Origin: an uncultured Candidatus Saccharibacteria bacterium
GTDB taxonomy: Bacteria; Patescibacteriota; Minisyncoccia; Phycocordibacterales; UBA918
NCBI GenBank assembly: GCA_964425655.1
Contig: CAYRMU010000001.1
Location: 1-54,451, forward strand
Reading direction: 5' to 3'
Length of the DNA stretch: 54,451 bases
Both the position numbers and the translations under genes were made by a program. Shown in pieces: positions 25,007-32,101 of the stretch (within the stretch, counting starts at the first letter, position 1; each line of letters opens with the position of its first letter). The notes beneath the pieces are model-generated. The model worked only from the letters and a program-made list of their open reading frames with translations, was not told where the DNA came from and made no database searches.

Positions 25007-26413
25007 CTAACCGATTCGCTGCTTGATAATCTCCGCCAACATTCCTGGGTTAGCAGAACCTTTCGTTGCCTTCATTCCCTGCCCAACTAAGAACTGGAGT
25101 ACTGCGTCTTTACCCGCCTTTAGCTCAGCGACAACCGTAGGGTTCGCAGCGAGAATTTCGTCAATAATAGGAATGAGTTCGTCAGCGTTAGAGCGCTGCA
25201 CGAGTCCGCGAGCTTCTGCGAGTGCTTTGGCGTCAGCGCCATCAAAGACTACTTCAACCATGAGATCTTTGGCTACTCGTGAGTTAATATGCCCCTCTAA
25301 GACAAGTGCCCCGAGTGCACGAAACGCTAGCGCATGCGCCCTATCGAGCACTCGCTCACCTGATTCAAGGTGCGCCAGTACGTCAGTGATAAAGTAGTTA
25401 GCTAACGTCTTGGTGAGTTTTTCGTAAGAATCATCTCCCACTGCTGCCGCAAAAAAAGCTTCGCGCGCAACATCACTGATGATGATTTCAATCTGATCAG
25501 ACGGAAGTCCCAGGGCTGCATAGCGAATACGTTTTTTCTCCGGTGTTTCAGGCAGTGCCGCCTCGAGAGCTGCGTCACTCCAATCAGGTCGATCACTCCG
25601 CAGGAGCTTAGGAATATCTGGATCGGGGAAATAGCGGTAATCGTCAGCGGTTTCCTTGATGCGCTGGCTGAACGTCTTGCCTTTATTTTCATCCCAGCCG
25701 CGTGTTTCCTGAATGATAGTACCTCCTGCCTCGAGTGTCTCAATGTGCCGCTTTGTTTCAAAAACAATCGCTGCTTCTGCCGCCTTGAACGAGTTGATGT
25801 TTTTAACTTCAACCTTCGTGCCGAAGGTATCAGTTTTACTCACTGACAAGTTGACTTCAACACGCATCTCGCCGCGCTCCATATTTGCATCAGATGCACC
25901 GAGGGTACGCAGGAGAAGTTGCAGCTCACGAGCAAATGCGCCAGCTTGTTCCGCAGTATGAATAACCGGCTCGGTTACGAGCTCCATCAAAGGAACACCG
26001 GCACGATTAAAGTCAACGAAACTCTTTTCGCCTTCGTGCTGACTTCGCGCCGTGTCTTCCTCCAAATGAATACGGGTAATCTTGACCCCACCAAGTTCGC
26101 CACCTTTCACGAGTGGATACTGGTACTGACTAATCTGGTAGGCCTTTGGAATATCGGGGTAGAAGTAATTCTTTCGATCAAACTCACTGAAATCAGCTAG
26201 TGTTCCACCAATCGCCTTACCTACCATAAGGACCAGCTCAACCGCCCGTTCATTCACCGTCGGGAGTGTGCCGGGATGGGCCATACACACTGGACACACG
26301 TGTGTGTTCGGTGTTGCGCTGTGTGGGTCATTTTTGCACCCACAGAACATCTTGCTGTTGGTTTTGAGTTCAGCGTGGATTTCAAGACCCACCGTCGTCG
26401 TATATTCGCTCAT
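25007..26413 (-). CDS. gatB: Asp-tRNA(Asn)/Glu-tRNA(Gln) amidotransferase subunit B
   Basis: MSEYTTTVGLEIHAELKTNSKMFCGC..., RIHLEEDTA, and a C-terminal GatB/YqeY domain. The track start at 26419 is GTG, so ATG at 26413 is used. Confidence 0.95.
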   Translation of the reverse strand: MSEYTTTVGLEIHAELKTNSKMFCGCKNDPHSATPNTHVCPVCMAHPGTLPTVNERAVELVLMVGKAIGGTLADFSEFDRKNYFYPDIPKAYQISQYQYPLVKGGELGGVKITRIHLEEDTARSQHEGEKSFVDFNRAGVPLMELVTEPVIHTAEQAGAFARELQLLLRTLGASDANMERGEMRVEVNLSVSKTDTFGTKVEVKNINSFKAAEAAIVFETKRHIETLEAGGTIIQETRGWDENKGKTFSQRIKETADDYRYFPDPDIPKLLRSDRPDWSDAALEAALPETPEKKRIRYAALGLPSDQIEIIISDVAREAFFAAAVGDDSYEKLTKTLANYFITDVLAHLESGERVLDRAHALAFRALGALVLEGHINSRVAKDLMVEVVFDGADAKALAEARGLVQRSNADELIPIIDEILAANPTVVAELKAGKDAVLQFLVGQGMKATKGSANPGMLAEIIKQRIG

Positions 26414-26423
26414 GGGCACTATA

Positions 26424-27392
26424 CTACCGGCTTCGGAGATGCTTCACAAGCGCATCACCCAGTTCTTTGGTGCCGTCTTCAAGTGGTGCTGAAATAGCAA
26501 AGACTGGCTTGCCTAGCTTTTCAAATTGCGCTTTGAAGGCAGCCACTTCTTCAGTGGAACGGGTGTCAGTCTTTGTTAAGACAATCCACTCAGTTTTAGA
26601 GGCAATATCTTGGCTATACTTTGAAAGTTCGTGGCGAATTTCTTCATAGGCAGCCATTGGGTCCTCGTTCTCAAGTGACACTAAGTGCAGCACCATAGCG
26701 GTTCGCTCAATATGGCGGAGGAATTTATGACCGAGCCCCTTGCCGTCAGCAGCACCTTCAATCAAGCCTGGAATATCGGCGAGCACGTAGCCCTGAATTA
26801 CCCCCAAGTGCGGTTCCAACGTCGTAAAGGGATAGGCGCCAATCGCAGAGTGCGCATTGGTGTAGGTATTCAACAGGGTCGATTTACCAGCATTTGGCAA
26901 CCCTACCAACCCCACATCGGCCATCAATAAAACTTCAATCTTGAAGGTCCCTTCTTCTCCGAGCTTTCCCTTAGTTGATTCTTCTGGTGAACGATTAGTT
27001 GCACTCTTAAAGTGCTCGTTGCCGTAGCCTCCTTGACCACCTTTTAAGATAAGTACCGTCTCTCCTTCCTTTGTCATTTCAAACGAACGTTCACGGTCAA
27101 TATCAGTCACCCGTGAACCAACCGGAATATCGATATACAAATCTTCACTATTCTTTCCAAATTGACTCAGTGAACGTCCAGTGCCACCATTGTCTGCAAT
27201 AAAATTTTTATCACCGGTGTACTTGGCGAGCTTATTGAGATCACGAACTGCCCGGACGTACACATCGCCGCCGTTACCGCCGTCACCTCCCGCTGGACCA
27301 GCCATCGGTCGGAACTTTTCATGTCGCCAGCGAACAACGCCGTCGCCTCCGTCACCCGCTTTCGCGTAAATTTCTAATTCATCAACAAACAT
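26424..27392 (-). CDS. obg: GTPase Obg
   Basis: MFVDELEIYAKAGDGGDG...GGDGGNGGDV is the Obg fold, and G1 is GLPNAGKSTLL. ATG at 27392 is used; the track N-terminal extension is not conserved. Confidence 0.95.
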   Translation of the reverse strand: MFVDELEIYAKAGDGGDGVVRWRHEKFRPMAGPAGGDGGNGGDVYVRAVRDLNKLAKYTGDKNFIADNGGTGRSLSQFGKNSEDLYIDIPVGSRVTDIDRERSFEMTKEGETVLILKGGQGGYGNEHFKSATNRSPEESTKGKLGEEGTFKIEVLLMADVGLVGLPNAGKSTLLNTYTNAHSAIGAYPFTTLEPHLGVIQGYVLADIPGLIEGAADGKGLGHKFLRHIERTAMVLHLVSLENEDPMAAYEEIRHELSKYSQDIASKTEWIVLTKTDTRSTEEVAAFKAQFEKLGKPVFAISAPLEDGTKELGDALVKHLRSR

Positions 27393-27402
27393 AATACTAA
27401 CC

Positions 27403-27741
27403 TTACGCGATAAACTTGTTTCCAATTGTGGTTACAACCGACACCAGGAGTGAACCTACGAGTGCAGCGAGAAAGCCACTGACCGCAAAACCATCAATAA
27501 ATGAAGCAGCAAACATAAACAGCAGTGCATTAATCACAAAAATAAAGAGGCCCAGCGTGAGGATTGTAATCGGGAGGGTCAGAATAACCAAAACCGGCTT
27601 CACGACAGCATTGAAGATTCCCAAGATAACTGCAGCAATGAGCGCTGGGTACAGACCATCAATACTGACACCCGGTACAACCTCAGCAACCAAGAGTAGC
27701 GCGAGGGCTCCCAATAAAATTCGAGTAAGTAGAGTTACCAT
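27403..27741 (-). CDS. YvlD / phage-holin-4 superfamily four-TM membrane protein
   Basis: The 112-aa protein carries VKPVLVILTLPITILTLGLFIFVINALLF, which closely resembles Bacillus YvlD-family proteins. Confidence 0.8.
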   Translation of the reverse strand: MVTLLTRILLGALALLLVAEVVPGVSIDGLYPALIAAVILGIFNAVVKPVLVILTLPITILTLGLFIFVINALLFMFAASFIDGFAVSGFLAALVGSLLVSVVTTIGNKFIA

Positions 27742-27747
27742 TTGGTT

Positions 27748-27776
27748 ACGGTACGTTATTTTTAAGTAAATGTCAA
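27748..27776 (-). promoter_or_regulatory. candidate promoter TTGACA-N17-TACCGT placed 6 nt from the ATG (leaderless transcript)
   Basis: On the minus strand, the -35 is the complement of 27771-27776 and the -10 is the complement of 27748-27753. The ATG is at 27741 and there is no SD. Confidence 0.3.
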
Positions 27777-27855
27777 TGAAGTAGCTATACCTAGCCCCAC
27801 GAAACGGTTTTACCTTTTACCTATGCAACCATTCAACCAACATACTTCCATGCTC

Positions 27856-27900
27856 AAAACAGCAACAGGGGACATCGGATGTCCCCTGTTGCTGTTTTTT
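27856..27900 (-). terminator. rho-independent terminator of secA (bidirectional shape)
   Basis: aaaa-cagcaacaggggacat-cgg-atgtcccctgttgctg-tttttt: a 16-bp perfect stem. Confidence 0.8.
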
Positions 27901-27916
27901 GCACTTCCCTATTTCG

Positions 27917-30436
27917 CTACTTCACGAGCGTCCACCCCTCTGCCAGCAGCGGCTCAGCCTTCTTGTATTTCAACGTCTGCGTCTCTCCCCCTTTCACAAT
28001 TGTCACCACATCGTTTCGTCCTGCTGCTACATCGCTGGTACGCGGCTCTTGCTTCTGCACGCCCGCTTTCGCACCATCACGAACCTCTTGAGCCGCAATG
28101 CGCTCCTTTCGAAGAGCCTCTTCTTCACGCTCAAGCGCTTGTGGTTGCAGCTGCGGCAAAATATCAGCCATACGTTCCAAGACCGCTTGCTGCATTTCCT
28201 TAAATAGGCGTGACCCTTCCTTACGATACTCAAGAAGCGGATCTTTCTGTCCGTACGCGCGGAGGTTAACACTCGAACGTGTGTACTGCATTACCTCAAG
28301 GTGCTCTACCCAAAGAATATCAATCATCTGGAGCGTAAGCTTTTGTACCATATCTGTCCATACATCGGTACCGAACTCAGCCTCCTTAGCAGTAATGACT
28401 GGTGCCAGCTCAGGCGCGAGCGCAGTAATTTCACCAAGCACCGCAGCTATCTCTCCTTTGTCTCCCTTGAGCAGCTTCACGCGTCGCTCATAGACAGCCT
28501 TACGCTGCTGATTTTGCACATTGTCGTATGCGAGCACTTGCTTACGCGCATCAAAGTGGAAGCCTTCAATTCGTGACTGCGCACTCTCAAGCTGTCGACT
28601 AATCATGCCGTTTTGAATTGGCTCATCCTCAGGAATACCGAAGCTTCCCATGAGCGACTTAATTCGCTCACCACCAAACACTCGCATGAGCTGATCTTCC
28701 ATCGACACCATAAAGAGGGTCTCACCTGGGTCACCCTGACGACCTGAACGACCACGGAGCTGATTATCGATTCGGCGCGCTTCATGTCGCTCGGTACCCA
28801 ACACGAAGAGACCACCGAGTTGGCGAACTTCTTCTGCCACCTCTGGCGTTGCGTCAACGCCACCGAGCTTAATGTCGACGCCACGACCTGCCATGTTCGT
28901 CGCGAGCGTTACTTTACCCTTGCGTCCTGCGTTAGCGATAATCTCTCCTTCTCGCTCGTGGTTCTTCGCATTCAACATTTCATGGGGCACGCCGGCTGCG
29001 GTTAACGCCGCTGAAAGTACCTCGTTGGTTTCAATTGACGCGGTACCGATAAGAACTGGTTGTCCGGTTGCTTGCACCTCCTTTACTTTGCGAATCACTG
29101 CCGTGTACTTTCCTTTAGTCGTTTGGAAAATAAGGTCGTGATTATCTTTTCGCTGTACTGGCCTATTCGTTGGCACCGGAATTACGTCTAGGCCATACAC
29201 CGAGTAAAACTCTTCTTGCGATGTGAGTGCTGTACCCGTCATACCAGCCAACTTCTCGTACATCTTAAAGTAGTTCTGGTAGGTAATCTGTGCGTACGTT
29301 TTAGATTCCTTTTGAATGGCTACCCCCTCCTTTGCCTCAACTGCTTGGTGCAGTCCATCACTCCAGCGACGACCTGGTTGGAGACGGCCGGTAAACTCAT
29401 CAACGATTACAACCTCACCGTCACGAACTACGTACTCCTTGTCTTTTGTGTAGAGCCCCTTCGCCCGCACTGCGGTCTCGAGATGGTGCACATACTTAAT
29501 GCCACGATCGGTATAAATATTTTCAATACCGAGCATCTTCTCAGCGGCCTCAACACCTGCATCAGTGAGTGTTGCTGCCTTGAGCTTTTCATCGAGTTCG
29601 TAGTGCTCACCTTCATGGAGTTGTCGCGCAATCGATGCAAACGTCTCGTAGAGATTTTCTCCTTGCGCGGCAGGTGCAGAAATAATAAGTGGCGTCCGTG
29701 CCTCGTCAATTAAAATAGAGTCAATTTCGTCAACAATCGCAAAGTAGTGATCCCGCTGCCGTAATTTTTTTTCTTCAAACTCGATATTGTCTCGCAAGAA
29801 ATCAAACCCAAACTCACTGTTGGTACCATAGGTAATGTCGGCGGCGTACGCTTCTTGTCGAGTACATGGACGGAGAAATTCGTAAAACACTTTAAAAGAT
29901 CCATGTTCATCACGTTCCTCATCTACTTCCTTGTGGCCCGCATCGTAAAGGTACGAGGTGTTGTGATTAATAACCGCCACCGACAGTCCGAGTGCTGCGT
30001 ACACCTGCCCCATCCAGACAGCATCGCGACGCGCCAAGTAGTCATTGACCGTTACGACATGCACTCCACGTCCACTGAGTGCATTGAGTGCCGCAGGGAG
30101 AGTTGCCACGAGTGTCTTACCTTCACCAGTTCGCATTTCTGTAATGCGGCCACGATGGAGCAAAATGCCGCCAACAAGCTGCACGTCATAATGACGCAAC
30201 CCAAGTGTGCGCTTCGCCGCTTCGCGCGTGAGTGCCGCTACCTGCGGAAGAATATCGTCGAGTGGTACCCCGTTGGTTCGGTGCCGATCCTTCTCTGCAA
30301 CCACAGCTGCAATAAGCTCGGCATCAGACATACCGGTATACCGCTCTTCCAGACCGTTAATTTCATTAATAAGTGGCTGAATCGCTTTTAATTCCTTTGC
30401 GTAGGAAGGACCGAAAAATTTATCGAGAAATGACAT
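27917..30436 (-). CDS. secA: preprotein translocase ATPase SecA
   Basis: MSFLDKFFGPSYAKELK..., MRTGEGKTLVATL, DEIDSILIDEARTPLIIS, and TNMAGRGVDI. ATG at 30436 is used. The track's 36-codon N-terminal extension overlaps the terminator of the upstream gene. Confidence 0.97.
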   Translation of the reverse strand: MSFLDKFFGPSYAKELKAIQPLINEINGLEERYTGMSDAELIAAVVAEKDRHRTNGVPLDDILPQVAALTREAAKRTLGLRHYDVQLVGGILLHRGRITEMRTGEGKTLVATLPAALNALSGRGVHVVTVNDYLARRDAVWMGQVYAALGLSVAVINHNTSYLYDAGHKEVDEERDEHGSFKVFYEFLRPCTRQEAYAADITYGTNSEFGFDFLRDNIEFEEKKLRQRDHYFAIVDEIDSILIDEARTPLIISAPAAQGENLYETFASIARQLHEGEHYELDEKLKAATLTDAGVEAAEKMLGIENIYTDRGIKYVHHLETAVRAKGLYTKDKEYVVRDGEVVIVDEFTGRLQPGRRWSDGLHQAVEAKEGVAIQKESKTYAQITYQNYFKMYEKLAGMTGTALTSQEEFYSVYGLDVIPVPTNRPVQRKDNHDLIFQTTKGKYTAVIRKVKEVQATGQPVLIGTASIETNEVLSAALTAAGVPHEMLNAKNHEREGEIIANAGRKGKVTLATNMAGRGVDIKLGGVDATPEVAEEVRQLGGLFVLGTERHEARRIDNQLRGRSGRQGDPGETLFMVSMEDQLMRVFGGERIKSLMGSFGIPEDEPIQNGMISRQLESAQSRIEGFHFDARKQVLAYDNVQNQQRKAVYERRVKLLKGDKGEIAAVLGEITALAPELAPVITAKEAEFGTDVWTDMVQKLTLQMIDILWVEHLEVMQYTRSSVNLRAYGQKDPLLEYRKEGSRLFKEMQQAVLERMADILPQLQPQALEREEEALRKERIAAQEVRDGAKAGVQKQEPRTSDVAAGRNDVVTIVKGGETQTLKYKKAEPLLAEGWTLVK

Positions 30437-30533
30437 AACCGGGCAATAATAGCACAAAAAGCCCTCTCTCACAGGACCACAAGGGCTCGGGGTAAAAATC
30501 GGCACTCTCGTCAAGTAGATACTCAAACGAAAA

Positions 30534-30557
30534 AGCCATAGCACAATGGCTATAGCT
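30534..30557 (-). terminator. rho-independent terminator of the Lys-rich small gene
   Basis: On the minus strand: agctatagc-cattgt-gctatggct followed by TTTT. The stem is 9 bp with one G-U pair. Confidence 0.6.
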
Positions 30558-30618
30558 TAATCGATGAGACGTACACGCAAGTGTCGCGTATCTTGAATCT
30601 TTCGAATCTTGATACGAT

Positions 30619-30795
30619 TTATTTCTTCTTGCGTGGTGCTGCTTTTTTTGTGGCCTTCTTTGCAGTCTTCTTAACTACTTTCTTAGCAGCTTTCTTGACT
30701 ACTTTCTTCGCCACCTTCTTTACGGTCTTCTTAACAGCTTTCTTAACTGCCTTTTTTGGAGCAGCTTTCTTTACTGTTTTCTTTTTTGCAACCAT
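30619..30795 (-). CDS. 58-aa lysine-rich histone H1-like (Hc1/AlgP-repeat-like) basic protein
   Basis: Manual translation gives MVAKKKTVKKAAPKKAVKKAVKKTVKKVAKKVVKKAAKKVVKKTAKKATKKAAPRKKK*. It has 28 Lys in 58 aa, about 12 xxKK units, an ATG at 30795, a TAA stop and its own terminator. It falls below the ORF-track length cut-off. The listed + strand ORF 30581..30826 is its Phe-rich antisense shadow. Confidence 0.6.
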   Translation of the reverse strand: MVAKKKTVKKAAPKKAVKKAVKKTVKKVAKKVVKKAAKKVVKKTAKKATKKAAPRKKK

Positions 30796-30925
30796 AGTAT
30801 TTTTGCTTAAAGGTGATTCCGAGTAATGGATCGACCGCTAAGACTTCTCAGTGAAAGAACTAATCGAGAGAGAATGTCTTCGTATGTTTATTATCACGTG
30901 CGCATGCATTTGTTACAAGCAAATG

Positions 30926-30947
30926 TTATGCACAGTGGTGTGGATAA
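30926..30947. promoter_or_regulatory. inverted pair of DnaA-box-like 9-mers: TTATgCACA-N4-TGTGGATAA
   Basis: 30939-30947 is a perfect match to the reverse complement of TTATCCACA, and 30926-34 has one mismatch. Together they form a near-palindrome abutting the AT-rich tract. Confidence 0.3.
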
Positions 30948-31087
30948 TAAAAAAAATATTTTTAAAATTAATTTTAAAAATATTTTTTATGTATTCTTCT
31001 TTATGTAAATAATTTTTCAATATGTAATTTTTAATTTTTGATATGTACTATTTTATTTTCAATATCAACTTTTTTATATTTTGAATT
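30948..31087. other. 140-bp extremely AT-rich intergenic tract with reiterated TT(C/G)ATAT motifs
   Basis: Almost no G/C, against flanks that look roughly half G+C by eye. tttcaatatgtaat, tttgatatgtacta and tttcaatatcaact recur about 21-23 bp apart. The tract lies between the murB stop and the Lys-rich gene. Confidence 0.8.
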
Positions 31088-32101
31088 TTATTTTAAAAGA
31101 GTTACTTCACGTTCAATCGTAATCCCTGTCGCTTCATAGACCTGTGTCGCAATACCATCAGTAAACGTAAGGATGTCTGCAGTAGTTGCATCACCCTTGG
31201 TGTACACCACAAGCGCCTGTCCTTCATAGCAGCCCACAGTATCAGTCCCCTGCCCTTTGAGATTGAGCACCTTATCAAGGATCCAGCCCAGCGGGACCTT
31301 GACCCGGGTCGCATCGACTGCATACGAAGGTAGGTCTGGGTACTTGTTGCAGAGGGTCTCGTAGTGTTCACGCGTGATCACGGGGTTCTTAAAAAATGAA
31401 CCCGCTGTACCAACCGTGTGCCAGTCTGGAAACTTCTTCGATCTGATTGCAATTACCGCGTCTCGAATTGCTGCAAGTGTTGGTGACTGATCATGAAAGC
31501 GTTCAGCTAAATCTTTGTACGTTACCTGTGGCGTCGGGAGTAGCGTGAGACAAAACGTAACTGCGGTAATAATGTACCGACCACCTTCCACCTGCTTAAA
31601 GACTGAATCTCGGTACGTAAACGCGCAGTCAGTTTGTGCGAGTGAGGTGAACGATTCGGTACAGGTATCAAATACACGAACGAGCGAGACGAGCGACCCC
31701 ACCTCGACGCCATACGCACCCACATTCTGTACTGGCGTAGCACCAACACTGCCGGGAATATGCGAAAGATTTTCCAAGCCCCAGAACCCCTCCTGTACCG
31801 CGTACGCTACTACATCATCGAAAACCTCCCCTGCTCCTGCCGTCAGGTACACACTGTCACCCTCAAGGTGCGGAATCACCCCGGTAATCTTCATCACTAT
31901 GACGAGTCCGGTAATTCCTTCGTCTGGCACAAGTACGTTTGAACCACCACCTAAAACGGTTACGGGAAGATTACGCGCACGTGCAAAGGCCACTGCTTCG
32001 GCTAACTCAGCCTCGGTCGTAACTTCAGCTATGTGCGAAGCAGCACCACCGGTTTTAAAGGTAGTCAAAGGAGCCAGTGGTAGGTGTTCACTAATTAGCA
32101 T
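31088..32101 (-). CDS. murB: UDP-N-acetylenolpyruvoylglucosamine reductase
   Basis: PLAPLTTFKTGGAA, VLGGGSNVL, PGSVGATPVQNVGAYG, and a C-terminal MurB domain. ATG at 32101 overlaps the last 11 nt of the upstream gene. Confidence 0.9.
   Translation of the reverse strand: MLISEHLPLAPLTTFKTGGAASHIAEVTTEAELAEAVAFARARNLPVTVLGGGSNVLVPDEGITGLVIVMKITGVIPHLEGDSVYLTAGAGEVFDDVVAYAVQEGFWGLENLSHIPGSVGATPVQNVGAYGVEVGSLVSLVRVFDTCTESFTSLAQTDCAFTYRDSVFKQVEGGRYIITAVTFCLTLLPTPQVTYKDLAERFHDQSPTLAAIRDAVIAIRSKKFPDWHTVGTAGSFFKNPVITREHYETLCNKYPDLPSYAVDATRVKVPLGWILDKVLNLKGQGTDTVGCYEGQALVVYTKGDATTADILTFTDGIATQVYEATGITIEREVTLLK

Noticed and set aside
30437-30544. N-terminal extensions of track ORFs (secA 30437-30544, murB 32102-32200, pfkB-like 2270-2485, obg 27393-27425, rpe-like 6737-6799)
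   Set aside because: The conserved family N-termini start at internal ATGs. The extensions overlap upstream genes or a terminator hairpin, and their sequences look non-coding.
30581-30826. 81-aa Phe/Thr/Ala-rich + strand ORF from the track (would be a very hydrophobic peptide)
   Set aside because: It is the exact antisense of the xxKK-repeat frame. AAG/AAA Lys codons read backwards as CTT/TTT. The minus-strand frame has a proper ATG, stop and terminator, and a composition known from H1-like proteins. I cannot fully exclude the + frame without comparative data.
30826-31008. 60-aa + strand ORF in the secA-murB intergenic region
   Set aside because: Half of it runs into the nearly pure A/T tract (KNIFKINFKNIFYVFFFM). 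It has no SD and no recognisable features. It is likely a chance ORF in low-complexity DNA.
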